NCBI GenBank assembly: GCA_031422395.1
Contig: JANPLQ010000152.1
Location: 11,725-75,724, forward strand
Direction: 5' to 3'
From: Ilumatobacteraceae bacterium
GTDB lineage: Bacteria > Actinomycetota > Acidimicrobiia > Acidimicrobiales > Ilumatobacteraceae
DNA: 64,000 bases
The notes below the pieces were generated by a model. It saw nothing but the letters and a program-made list of their open reading frames with translations. It ran no database searches and was not told where the DNA came from. The position numbers were made by a program, and so were the translations under genes. Numbering within the stretch: the stretch's first letter is position 1; each line of letters opens with the position of its first letter. Below, piece by piece: positions 1 through 9,830 of this stretch.

Positions 1-518
1 TCGGGTTGGCTGACGTGTGTCGCCCCCACGAATTTGCGTGGGTCGTACACATCGCGATCCTGTGGGGCAATATTGAAATCGCCGGTCACGATCACGTCGT
101 CGGTGGGCGATGTATCGCGCTCAAGGTGACCCAGCAGGCGATCGAGCCAACTCAGCTTGTACTGATAGTGATCGTCGTCGAGGGAGCGCCCGTTGGGCAC
201 ATAGACGCTCGAAATCCGGACACCACCACACGTCGCCGTGATGATTCGGGCATCGGGATCAGGTTCGATGCCCTGAGCAAAATTGGTGACCACATCGTCG
301 AGACCAACCTTCGACAGGATCGCCACACCGTTCCATTGGCCCTGGCCGTAATGTGCCGTCTGAAAGCCGAGCGCCTCAAACGCCAGCGCCGGGAAACCAT
401 CGTCGGCAAGTTTGGTCTCCTGCATGCACACGACATCTGGTTGCACCTCAGACAGCCATGCCTCAATCCGTTCCGTACGGACCCGAAGCGAGTTGACATT
501 CCACGTGACAACGCGCAT
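1..518 (-). CDS. xthA: Exodeoxyribonuclease III (ExoIII/AP endonuclease family), N-terminal ~172 codons; 3' end lies beyond the window start
   Basis: Absent from the ORF track because it runs off the edge. My reverse-strand translation from ATG 516-518 gives MRVVTWNVNSLRVRTERIEAWLSEVQPDVVCMQETKL...WNGVAILSK...VTGDFNIAPQDRDVYDP, the classic ExoIII N-terminus. The ATG overlaps the TGA of the upstream gene (ATGA). Confidence 0.85.
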   Translation of the reverse strand, partial: MRVVTWNVNSLRVRTERIEAWLSEVQPDVVCMQETKLADDGFPALAFEALGFQTAHYGQGQWNGVAILSKVGLDDVVTNFAQGIEPDPDARIITATCGGVRISSVYVPNGRSLDDDHYQYKLSWLDRLLGHLERDTSPTDDVIVTGDFNIAPQDRDVYDPRKFVGATHVSQP

Positions 519-1837
519 CACGAGCCAACTTTCTTGGCGACCGCCTTCTTCGCCGCTGCCTTCTTGGCCGCCACCTTCGGTGCAGGGGTCTTGCGTGCAG
601 GAACCTTTTGAGCAACCGACTTCCTGACCGGCTTCGGTTGGCGCGGACCTGCAGCTGTGGGCGCCGGTTTGGCTGGAGGCGGCGTCGACGATTTCGTGAC
701 AGGTTTCCGGGCTCTTGTCTTCGCGGAGACCTTCGCTGGCGTCTTCTCCAGCGGTGGCTCGGAGACGACAGGCTCGGAGACGACAGGCTCGGAGACCGGC
801 TTCTTGCGTGACCGCTTCGGCGGCACGACGAGTTCGGGGGTGGGAGCCTGAGTCGCCGCCGACGCCGTCTTGCGGGGAGCCCGCTTCTTCGCAGCCACGG
901 GACCGTCGAGCACCGTCACTTCTCTGGCAGCCATCGCCGGCAGCGCGGCGTCGATACTGCGGCGTTCGGCGACGTATCCGACGATCACGACGGCAAGCGC
1001 ATCGCCAAGATTCAGTGCGGCGCGGGCGCTACGCGGCGCCGGGTCGCCCATCAAACGGAGCGGGATGTACACGAGTACGTCACCCACACGCGCATACGCG
1101 CCATGTGAGGCGTAGATCTCGACTACAGCCGTACAGCTGGTGCCCACCGGGTGTTTCTCGACGAACTCGAGGAACGGCATCAACTCGTTGACAGGGCCGC
1201 GTCCAGGCGGTGCCGACTTGGGTTCAGGCGGAGGGGCCATGGGAGCAACAGCTTTCGGCTGTGCGACTTTTGGCGCGACTACGACAGCTTCGTCCGTTTC
1301 TGCGTTGGCGGCACGACGACCGCGTCCGCGACCGCGAGCCTGCGGACCCGCTTTCGGTTGATCATCGGTCTGTTTGGCGTCGCGCACCGCCATCCGACTC
1401 TTCGGCCCACGCACCGGATTGCGGTCGACGAACACCCAGCCGACATGTGGGACCGGCTTCCCGCCGATCAGCCGGCCCTCGTCGAACAACCACTCGTACT
1501 TGCCGTGGAATTCCTGAAACGAGTCGTTCGACAACACATCGGCATTTGCCTTGTTGGCAATCGTCAGCACGAATGCATCGCCGCGTCCTATTGCACCGGC
1601 TGGAGGTGTGACGAGTTCGTTGTTGGCGACCGCCTCGTCGAACTCGATGACCTCCTTCTTGTCGATCCGATGCCCGAACGTGGCATCGACGACGACGGTG
1701 ACGATCGAGCCGGGGTAGTCCTGCATAAAGGCCATCACCGCCTCGTTCAACTGGTTCAGGCTTGGCTGTGTGCGACCTTCGGTGGCGATGTTCGACCCAT
1801 CGACCACAAAGTGGCGCGGCTTGTTTGCTGGAGCCAT
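518..1837 (-). CDS. NYN/Zc3h12a-like (PIN-fold) ribonuclease domain + S1-like RNA-binding domain + Lys/Ala/Pro-rich basic tail
   Basis: The N-terminus (HFVVDGSNIATEG...VVVDATFGHR...GDAFVL...NDSF) is typical of NYN nucleases. The middle segment (GTSCTAVVEIYASHGAYARVGDVLVYIPLRLMG) is S1/OB-like. The C-terminus is a PAKKAAAKKAVAKK histone-H1-like tail. The opposite-strand ORFs are Arg-rich shadows. Confidence 0.7.
   Translation of the reverse strand: MAPANKPRHFVVDGSNIATEGRTQPSLNQLNEAVMAFMQDYPGSIVTVVVDATFGHRIDKKEVIEFDEAVANNELVTPPAGAIGRGDAFVLTIANKANADVLSNDSFQEFHGKYEWLFDEGRLIGGKPVPHVGWVFVDRNPVRGPKSRMAVRDAKQTDDQPKAGPQARGRGRGRRAANAETDEAVVVAPKVAQPKAVAPMAPPPEPKSAPPGRGPVNELMPFLEFVEKHPVGTSCTAVVEIYASHGAYARVGDVLVYIPLRLMGDPAPRSARAALNLGDALAVVIVGYVAERRSIDAALPAMAAREVTVLDGPVAAKKRAPRKTASAATQAPTPELVVPPKRSRKKPVSEPVVSEPVVSEPPLEKTPAKVSAKTRARKPVTKSSTPPPAKPAPTAAGPRQPKPVRKSVAQKVPARKTPAPKVAAKKAAAKKAVAKKVGS
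756..797 (-). repeat. 15-bp in-frame tandem repeat (2.8 copies) encoding (VSEPV)n in the basic tail of the NYN-S1 protein
   Basis: On the plus strand, ggctcggagacgaca occurs at 756-770 and 771-785, followed by ggctcggagacc at 786-797. The protein reads SEPVVSEPVVSEPP. Confidence 0.9.
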
Positions 1838-1915
1838 TGGCTGTGAGTTCTCGATTCGATTGAGTTGGCCAGTCGGGTAGGACGGACGCGCTCAGCCATC
1901 GTAGGGTGCTCGCCT

Positions 1916-2566
1916 ATGTACGACACGCACGCCACCGCGTCCGACCAGCGGTTCAAGGCTGTTTTCTGGGACTTCGGTGGCGTATTTCTCTCGAGCCCGT
2001 TCGACGCATTCAACGACTACGAGCGAGCCAATCAACTTCCGAACGACTTCATCCGGTCGGTCAACGCCGTCGATCCCGACACGAACGCGTGGGCGAGAAT
2101 CGAACGCCAGGAGGTCGCCGCCGACGAGTTCGACCTGTTGTTCGCCGACGAATCGCAGCGCATGGGTCACCGCGTTCCCGGTGCCGACGTGCTCACGATG
2201 CTGCATGGAACCGTTCGGCCAGCGATGGTCCACGCCCTCGACCGTGTGATCGACGCCGGATACATCACCGCATGTTTGACCAACAACGTGATGTGCGATC
2301 ACGTTCGACCTGACGTCGATGACGTGATGGTCCGTTTCCACCACGTGGTCGAATCGAGCAAGGTCGGATCTCGTAAGCCTGAGACCGAGTTCTATGCGCT
2401 GGCCTGTAAGCTGGCGGATGTTGACGCCGAACAGTGTGTGTTCCTCGACGACCTGGGGATCAACCTCAAACCGGCGAGGGCGATGGGCATGACCACGATC
2501 AAGGTTCTGTCAGCAGATCAGGCGATCGCCGACCTCGAAGCAACATTGGGAATCGACCTCCGGTGA
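1916..2566 (+). CDS. HAD-superfamily hydrolase (subfamily IA-like phosphatase)
   Basis: Motif I is VFWDFGGV, with SKVGSRKPE and FLDDLGINLKPA matching HAD motifs III/IV. I moved the start from 1865 to the ATG at 1916 (MYDTH...), because the 17 upstream codons are Arg-rich. Confidence 0.8.
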   Translation: MYDTHATASDQRFKAVFWDFGGVFLSSPFDAFNDYERANQLPNDFIRSVNAVDPDTNAWARIERQEVAADEFDLLFADESQRMGHRVPGADVLTMLHGTVRPAMVHALDRVIDAGYITACLTNNVMCDHVRPDVDDVMVRFHHVVESSKVGSRKPETEFYALACKLADVDAEQCVFLDDLGINLKPARAMGMTTIKVLSADQAIADLEATLGIDLR

Positions 2567-4167
2567 TCCCGGTCCGAATCAGTCGAGCGGGTGCCTCGCT
2601 GTCCGTCGGTGGAGTTGCGATCGTGATCTGGCTCGTAGGTCTTGTGCGGTTTCGCGGATGGATCGCCACCGACGACCACGCCATTCTGCAACTCCGGCTC
2701 GAGCGGATGCAGGACGGCACGATCCCACTCGTTGGCGCCTTCTCGCGGTTCGGCTTCCACCACCCCGGGCCTGCACGGGAGTGGATTTTCGGAGCGCTCT
2801 ACGCGTTGTCGGGGAATCGCTCTGGGGCATTGCCTGCAACGGCGTTACTGCTCAACGTCGGATTCGCTGCGGCAGCCGCCGCAATGGCGTTCCGAGTCGG
2901 CGGCAGGTCGGCGTTGATTGCGGCACTGACGGGGGTGGCGCTGATCAACATCGGCCTCGGCTTTGACCTGCACAGCCCGTGGAACCCGTTCCTGGCCGTG
3001 ATGGCGGGCAACGCCGCTGTTTGGGGCTGCGCGGCCATGGCAACCGACCGTGGGCGGAGCTGGCCGGTGCCTCTGATTGCGGCAACATTTGCCGCACAGA
3101 GCCATGCAACCGCGCTCCTGTTCGGGCTCGTGATCATCGGGGCGACGGTGTCGATTGCGGTCGCCAACCGGTCGACCGCCGGCGGATCGACGCGCCTCGC
3201 CTGGATCGGCGTCACACTGCTGGCGCTGTGGTCGGGCCCCATCATCGACCTGACCAACGGACGAGACTCGAACATCGCCCGGATCGTCCGCCAGTCCAGC
3301 GGAGATCGACTCGGTCCGGTCGACGGGCTGCAACACGTCTCGCGCAAGATGATGCCGTGGTCGACCTGGCGAGGCGAAACGACGGTCCTGACCCCCGATC
3401 CATCGCCGACCCAACACATCCTCGTGGCCGTTGTCGTGGTCCTCGTCGTGGTCCTCGTCGTGGTCGCCGCAGTGTTCGTGCTCGTCGTGCGCTCCCGCGA
3501 CGACGATCGACGGCTGCGCTCACTCGCTGCGGCGGCGCTCGGGACGATCGTCGTGACTTGGCTCTCGTATGCCGCAATCGTGCTCCCGGCGTACCCGTAC
3601 GTGTTCGCACCACTATCAGGGGCTTTGACGATCGTGTGCGGCTTTGGTGTCTGGAGGCTGTTGAGCGGCGTTGCGTGGCTGGATTCTGAAAGGGCGACGT
3701 GGACAGTGGTCGTAGCTGTCGCCGTGGCCGTTGCCAGCAGCGCCAGTGGATGGATTCGAACCGAACCAGCAGTCGAGTCCCCGATCTCTGGCGGGCTCGA
3801 GGGAGCCATCAACGGACGAATCGAACGGGGCGTGACGTACGAGATCGTGTCGGCCGGAATGACACAGGCGTCGACTGAGGCCGAGGTGGCGCTGTACGTC
3901 GAACAATTCGGCGGGAAGCCGGTCTCCCGCCAGTTCAACCTCGATCTACCCGCGCCGTCGGATCAGGCCGTGGATCAGGCCGTGGATCAGGGTGATGTGT
4001 TGATCACGGCGATGACAGCGCCTCTGGATTGCATCCGCTCGTCGACCGAGCCAAGTCAGCTCGTGGCACTCGACATCAGTTCGTTGAGCGGTCTGCCGGT
4101 CGGCGTGTTTCTGCTCCCGCAGGCGTCGGCGATGTCGACGCTGCGAGCCTGCGGTATCGCGCCGTAA
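2563..4167 (+). CDS. Polytopic integral membrane protein, function unknown
   Basis: There are many hydrophobic segments (GVAIVIWLVGL, LLLNVGFAAAAAAMAF, ILVAVVVVLVVVLVVVAAVFVLVV and others). GTG 2563 overlaps the HAD stop codon (GTGA). The track's upstream extension is Arg/Pro-rich and overlaps the HAD gene. Confidence 0.7.
   Translation: MIPVRISRAGASLSVGGVAIVIWLVGLVRFRGWIATDDHAILQLRLERMQDGTIPLVGAFSRFGFHHPGPAREWIFGALYALSGNRSGALPATALLLNVGFAAAAAAMAFRVGGRSALIAALTGVALINIGLGFDLHSPWNPFLAVMAGNAAVWGCAAMATDRGRSWPVPLIAATFAAQSHATALLFGLVIIGATVSIAVANRSTAGGSTRLAWIGVTLLALWSGPIIDLTNGRDSNIARIVRQSSGDRLGPVDGLQHVSRKMMPWSTWRGETTVLTPDPSPTQHILVAVVVVLVVVLVVVAAVFVLVVRSRDDDRRLRSLAAAALGTIVVTWLSYAAIVLPAYPYVFAPLSGALTIVCGFGVWRLLSGVAWLDSERATWTVVVAVAVAVASSASGWIRTEPAVESPISGGLEGAINGRIERGVTYEIVSAGMTQASTEAEVALYVEQFGGKPVSRQFNLDLPAPSDQAVDQAVDQGDVLITAMTAPLDCIRSSTEPSQLVALDISSLSGLPVGVFLLPQASAMSTLRACGIAP
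3433..3465 (+). repeat. 12-bp in-frame tandem repeat (2.75 copies) encoding VVVL repeats in a transmembrane segment
   Basis: gtcgtggtcctc occurs at 3433-3444 and 3445-3456, followed by gtcgtggtc. Confidence 0.9.
3961..3991 (+). repeat. 12-bp in-frame tandem repeat (2.6 copies) encoding DQAV repeats
   Basis: gatcaggccgtg occurs at 3961-3972 and 3973-3984, followed by gatcagg. The protein reads SDQAVDQAVDQG. Confidence 0.9.
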
Positions 4168-4187
4168 CTCGGCAACCCCGGGCAGGA

Positions 4188-7100
4188 CTACAAGCCTGCG
4201 AACACCGCATCCATCATGTCGGCCAACTCTTGATCGTGGACGGTTTTCGAGCCGGTCGCGGGACTACCAGATTCGACACGGGCAACGTGCCGGAGGTCGA
4301 AGCCACGTTCCTTGACGCGCCACGTTCGGTGCTCGATAAAGCTCCAGGCGCCCATGTTCTCGGGCTCCTCTTGCAACCAGCGCAACTCCTTGGCGTTCGG
4401 GTAACGCTCGTAGAGGATCTGCAGCATCTGCTCGGTCGGGAGTGGGTACAGTTGCTCGATTCGCACGATCGCCGCAGCGGCACCACGGGTATCGCGCTCG
4501 GCAATCGCATCCCACGCGACTTTGCCCGAGCAAAAGATCACTCGTTTGACGGCGTTGGCATCGACGACGTTCGGATCGTCCAGCACTTCTTGGAACGAAC
4601 CCGTCGTCAACTCGCCGATCTTCGAGCGGGTCTGCTTCATCCGTAAGCCCTGCTTCGGCGTGAACAACACCAGCGGCGTGTGGCGTTCGCTGTGCATTTG
4701 ACGCCGCAGCAGGTGGAAGTACTGCGACGCCGTCGTGGCGTTGCAGACCTGCATATTGTCCTCGGCGGCGAGCGTGAGGAACCGCTCGATCCTGGCCGAG
4801 GAATGTTCAGGGCCCTGGCCCTCGAATCCGTGCGGCAGCAACAGCACGACCCCGTTTCGCTGGCCCCATTTGTCTTCGGCGGCGACGATGTACTGGTCGA
4901 TGATGATCTGAGCCCCGTTGATGAAGTCACCGAACTGGGCTTCCCACATCACCAGCGCATCGGGGTTGGCGTGTGAGTAGCCGTACTCGTAGCCGAGCGC
5001 GGCGTACTCGGAAAGCAGCGAGTCGTATACCCAGAACCGTGCCTGCTCGGGTGACAGTTCGTTGAGCGGGACCCACGACTCACCGGTCTCAAAATCGACG
5101 AGTGCAGCGTGGCGCTGACTGAAGGTGCCGCGGCGGGAGTCCTCGCCGGCGAGCCGGACCGGGTAACCCTCCAACACCAGCGAACCGATCGCCAGCGCTT
5201 CACCCGTTGCCCAATCGATGTCGCCGTCAGTCTCGTACTGTTTGGCGCGACCCTCGAACTGCTTTGCGAGTTTCGGATGAGGCGTGAATCCGCTCGGATA
5301 CGACGTGAGGTGATCGAAGATCTGATCGATCGTCACCCGGTCGACGCCAGTCGCGATGTGTGGAAGCACCCCAAGCGGCTTCGGCGGTCTCGGTGCCTTG
5401 GAGGCGACCAGTTGCTTGGCCCGTGTGGCATCGAGGGCAACCTGGAGCTTGCCTTGGAAGTCCGATAGCGCAAGCTCGGCCTCGTCGACAGTGATGTCAC
5501 CACGTTTGACCAGCGACTCGACGTACAGCTTGCGTACGCTGCGGCGCTCGGCGATCGCCTTGTACATCAACGGCTGCGTATAGCTCGGGTCGTCGCCCTC
5601 GTTGTGACCATGACGTCGATAGCACACCATGTCGATCACGACGTCCTAGTGGAACGTCTGACGGTAGTCCCAGGCCAACCGGGCAACCCGAACGCACGCC
5701 TCTGGATCATCGCCGTTGACGTGGAAAATCGGTGCTTGGACAGTCTTGGCGACGTCGGAGCAGTAAACCGACGAACGCGCGAATTGCGGCGAAGTAGTGA
5801 ACCCGATTTGGTTGTTGATGATCAGGTGGATCGTGCCGCCAACGCGGTAACCGCCGATGTCGCTCATCGCTAGACATTCCGCCACGATGCCTTGACCTGC
5901 GAAGGCGGCGTCGCCGTGGATCAGCAACGGCAGCACCGAGAACGCTCCTGGCGGCTCGATCTGATCCTGTCGGGCGCGGACGATGCCCATCACGATCGGG
6001 TCAACCGTTTCGAGGTGGCTCGGGTTGGCTGCCAACTCAATCGGAATGTCGACGCCGCTGGCACTCTCGTACTTGCCAGTCGCACCGAGGTGGTACTTGA
6101 CGTCACCGGAACCCTGCACCGTGTTGGGGTCGACGTGGCCTTCGAACTCGGAGAAGATCGCCTCGTAGCTCTTGCCCATGATGTTCGACAGGACGTTGAG
6201 TCGGCCACGGTGTGCCATTCCGAGCACCGCACCAGACAGCCCGTCGTCTGCGGCGCCTGACAGGATCTCGTCGAGGATCGGGATCGCCGATTCGGCCCCC
6301 TCGATTCCAAACCGCTTGGTGCCGACGTACTTGGTGGCGAGGAACTTCTCGAACGCCTCGGCAGCGTTCAAACGTTCAAGGATCCTGTCCTTCTGCTGTT
6401 TGGTGCTGATCGGGGCCTTGACTTCAAAACGCTCCTGGATCCAGTGCTGCTCCTCTGTGCTCTGGATATGCATGTACTCGACGCCGATCGTGCGGCAATA
6501 CGCGTCGCGAAGCACTCCAAGCAGATCGCCGAGCGACATTTTCGACTGACCGCCGACATCGTCGGTGAGAAACTCTCGATCGAGATCCCAGATCGTCAGG
6601 CCGTACGTCGCCGGATCAAGCTCGATCGGGGTGCGCGGCTCCTTCCATCGCAACGGGTCGAGGTCGGCAATCAGGTGGCCACGGACGCGGTGCACACGGA
6701 TCAGCTTGGCGACCGCCATCTGCTTCGCCAGCATCGCCTCCTCCCGGTCGATCGGGTTCACGTCAGGTCGCCATTTGACCGCCTCGTATGGCATGTCGAG
6801 ATCTTTGAAGATGTCGTCGTAGAAGCCGTGCTCGCCGAGCAGCAACTCATGGACGCGCTTGAGAAACATGCCAGACTCGGCGCCCTGGATGATCCGATGA
6901 TCGTAGGTACTTGTGATCGTGACGACCTTCGAGATACCGAGCGATGACAGATTGCGCCGATCGGAACCTTCGAATTCGGCCGGGTAATCGATGCTCCCGA
7001 CTCCCACTATCACGCCTTGACCACGCATCAGGCGAGGCACCGATTGGACCGTGCCGATCGTGCCCGGATTGGTCAGGGTGATGTTGGCGTCGGCGTAGTC

Positions 7101-7820
7101 ATCGAGTGTCAGTTTGTTGTTCTTGACCTTGCGGATGATCTCCTCGTAGGCCGCCAGGAAACCCGCAAAGCCGAGCGCGTCGGCCTGCTTAAGCACGGGC
7201 ACGATCAGGGCGCGCGTGCCGTCACCCTTGTCGACGTCGACCGCCAAACCCATATTGACGTGGTCGTGCCTGATCACGCGCGGCTTGCCATCGGCGCCCT
7301 CGGCAAACCCGTTCTTCATGTTCGGCACCGTGTCGGCAATCGCCTTCACGAGCGCGTACCCGATCAGATGAGTGAAACTGACCTTACCGAGCCCTGTACG
7401 CGACCGATATCCGTTGATCACCTTGCGGTTGACCTCGAGCAGCTTGGCGGGCACGTTCCGGAAGCTGGTAGCCGTCGGCACGCCGAGGCTGGCTTCCATG
7501 TTCCTGACAATCACCGCCCCGACCCCGCGGATCGGATCACCCACCTCAGCCGACGCGACGGTTGGTGCTGCTGCCGTTGGTGCTGCTGTTGGTGCTGCCG
7601 TGTCGGGCCCGACGGCGTTTGGTACCGGAGCGACCAACGCTTGCGCTGCGACTGTTGTCGCTGGAGCCTGGGTCGTAGCGTTTACCGAGCGGTAGTCCTC
7701 GAAGAACTCACGCCACGACTCCCCAACCGAATCGGGGTCGGCAATGTACTGCTCGTACATCTCTTCGACGAGCCAAGAGTTCGCCCCAAACGCGGGACCG
7801 GTGGTTTCAGACGCAGACAT
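4188..7820 (-). pseudogene. kgd: 2-oxoglutarate dehydrogenase/decarboxylase, actinobacterial fused E1 + succinyltransferase-like type (Kgd/OdhA/SucA), interrupted by one in-frame TAG at 5646-5648
   Basis: Track ORFs 5646-7820 and 4188-5639 are in the same frame. The first ends ...ARLAWDYRQTFH*, and the sequence continues DVVIDMVCYRRHGHNEGDDPSYTQP, which is a contiguous conserved E1 block. The N-terminal part has an E2 catalytic-like DHRIIQGAESG. The combined length is about 1209 codons. Confidence 0.85.
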
Positions 7821-7938
7821 CGCGGCCGATCGTAGTGGCTCAAACCCGCCGCGCCTGCGTGACGCAACGATGGTTCATGTGGGGACGAATTGGGCTAAAC
7901 ACTCAGCGTTGTGAAGGTAAATCTGGCACGATGGGGAA

Positions 7939-8952
7939 ATGACAGGCGGACTGAGCAGCGAAACCCCGGCTCCGGGTCACCCGCTGCCGCCCCCTGGGTC
8001 ACCTGAAACGCTGGAACCAACGCCGCCGGTGCAGGACCGACTGCAATCGGCCTGGGAACCGACGCTTCCTGACGCCCCTGCAAAGCCGGCCGCTCCGATG
8101 GTCGGCCACGACCACCGACGCAGGGCACCGACCACGTGGTATCGGTCCGATCAAGCGCGTCACAAGAGTGTGCACCGTCGCGCCAATCCCTTGTGGCGTC
8201 GACTCGCCCGCGGGATCATCGCTCTCGGCTTCATCGGTGCCGCTGGATTTGGTGTATATCTCGGGGCGCTCGAGTTGCAGGATTACCTCGAGCGTGACCG
8301 GCTCCCATCACCTGGCGTCGAGCTGGCCTCGTATCGGGCGACCAGCTTTCAGATTCGTTCCGTCGCGCCCGCCCCCGTGCTCGACGGCACGTTGACTCTC
8401 GATACTGCGAGTCGCGCCTTCGAGTTCGTCGGACGTGGCAACGGGGAACAGGCCGGCCTGCAAATTGTCAGCGCTGACGGTTCGACGATGTACGTCCGTC
8501 AAGATGCTGGAGCATGGCATCTAGGCGTCCCCGATGAACCCGTCGTCGACGAGCTCGGCCGAGTGCTGCCGTACCTTCTGAAGGTCGACACGACCGATGA
8601 CGTGCTCCCGAAACAGCTGCGTCAGGCATACGTCGAGCTCATCGACCGCGCCTCGGAAGGTGTCGACGAAAACCAACTGACGCGGTACGAGATGTCGTTC
8701 AACACGTCCGGTTTCAGCGATGACTTCCCACTTCAGTGGCAGTCGTACCAAGACGAGGCGATCCCTGGGATCGTCATCGACCCGGCCGTACCCGTCACCG
8801 TGTGGACCGATCAGGATTCGATGGTCGTCAGGCTCCGCGACGAGAAAACCGGATGGTCATGGCAGCGCCTCACGTACTCCGACGAACCCTTTGTCCCACT
8901 CAACCCATCAGGTGCCGTGGTCGAAATCGCAGCTTCCACCAGCGGCGGCTAG
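7939..8952 (+). CDS. Hypothetical single-pass membrane-anchored protein with a Pro-rich N-terminus
   Basis: The protein has a Pro-rich start, a TM segment GIIALGFIGAAGFGVYLGAL and then a soluble domain with normal composition. I recognised no motif. Confidence 0.6.
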   Translation: MTGGLSSETPAPGHPLPPPGSPETLEPTPPVQDRLQSAWEPTLPDAPAKPAAPMVGHDHRRRAPTTWYRSDQARHKSVHRRANPLWRRLARGIIALGFIGAAGFGVYLGALELQDYLERDRLPSPGVELASYRATSFQIRSVAPAPVLDGTLTLDTASRAFEFVGRGNGEQAGLQIVSADGSTMYVRQDAGAWHLGVPDEPVVDELGRVLPYLLKVDTTDDVLPKQLRQAYVELIDRASEGVDENQLTRYEMSFNTSGFSDDFPLQWQSYQDEAIPGIVIDPAVPVTVWTDQDSMVVRLRDEKTGWSWQRLTYSDEPFVPLNPSGAVVEIAASTSGG

Positions 8953-9830
8953 ATCCGTTCAAGCGCACTACCGTCGAACAACGGGGTGATCCCGAACTGT
9001 TCGATATCGGTGTCCATCTCGAGTTTGGTCGGATGTTCAAGGGTGCCGCGGGCGGCCTCGATCACCGCTGGAAGTAGGCGGGCGTCGCTGCTGGTGTTGA
9101 GAAACAGGTCGTCGTTGCCGAGCACGTAGCCGACCGCCCGACCGATTGCCTTCGGATCGGTCAGTGGTTCGTACCAACTGAAATGCGGCAGCTCAGGATC
9201 GGCCCAACGCCCGCGAGCGATTGCTTTGATCGTCTGGACGGCAACCTGTCGCGCTGTGCACATTTGCCGAAGCGCATCGACATCGGCCCGATATGCGTCG
9301 CTGCTGAGCAACGCGTGATTGTAAGGAAACAGCACCGAATCGAAGTCGAACCGTTGCAAGCTGCGTACATGCATCGCCGGGATTCGGATGCCGTGGCCCG
9401 TGACTCCGATCGAGCCAACCAATCCCTCGTCGCGGGCTTGGGCGAGCGCTGCGACTGCACCGTCGGGTGCAAACGCATTGTCCCAGTCGTCGTCCTCGAC
9501 AAGGTTGTGGAGCTGGATCAGGTCAACCCGGTCGACATCCATTCGTTCCAGCGACTTTTCCAACTCTGCTCTGGCGGCACCACCTGAACGTTCGCCGGTC
9601 TTTGTCGCGAGAAAGAAACGGTCACGGTTGGCGGCGAGGAACGGTCGCAAGCGGTCCTCTGAAGCGCCGTACGAGGCCGCCGTATCGATGTGGTTGATCC
9701 CGGCCTCGTCGATCAACGCCAGCACACCGTCGGCGCGTTCCTGACTCATCCCGCCCAGCGCCGCGGCACCGAAGATCAACCGCGACGATTGGTGACCGGT
9801 TCGACCGAACGGTGCAACAGGGAGCATCAA
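8949..9830 (-). CDS. Aldo/keto reductase family oxidoreductase
   Basis: LIFGAAALGG...GINHIDTAASYGASE...FLATKTG is the AKR N-terminal pattern. Its stop codon overlaps the convergent gene's stop (CTAG). Confidence 0.85.
   Translation of the reverse strand: MMLPVAPFGRTGHQSSRLIFGAAALGGMSQERADGVLALIDEAGINHIDTAASYGASEDRLRPFLAANRDRFFLATKTGERSGGAARAELEKSLERMDVDRVDLIQLHNLVEDDDWDNAFAPDGAVAALAQARDEGLVGSIGVTGHGIRIPAMHVRSLQRFDFDSVLFPYNHALLSSDAYRADVDALRQMCTARQVAVQTIKAIARGRWADPELPHFSWYEPLTDPKAIGRAVGYVLGNDDLFLNTSSDARLLPAVIEAARGTLEHPTKLEMDTDIEQFGITPLFDGSALERI

Noticed and set aside
6-611. 201-aa plus-strand ORF at the window start
   Set aside because: It is the antisense shadow of xthA. The reverse strand translates into a textbook ExoIII N-terminus, while this ORF has no motifs and odd composition.
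3751-3761. GGATTCGAACC, the reverse complement of a tRNA T-arm/loop consensus, suggesting a minus-strand tRNA
   Set aside because: The flanking bases do not form a T-stem (ttcgg versus ccatc), and I could not draw an acceptor or anticodon arm. It also lies inside a well-supported membrane-protein CDS.
2799-3938. 379-aa minus-strand ORF, plus other long ORFs overlapping the membrane-protein gene
   Set aside because: It is rich in Ser/Thr/Arg/Ala with no hydrophobic pattern or motifs. This is a typical high-GC antisense shadow, whereas the plus-strand frame gives clean TM helices.
5646-5648. TAG in kgd as a reassigned sense codon or pyrrolysine
   Set aside because: TAG terminates other well-supported genes in the same window (8950-8952 and 28388-28390), and I saw no pyl-type genes or PYLIS-like context. 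A point mutation or sequencing error is more parsimonious.
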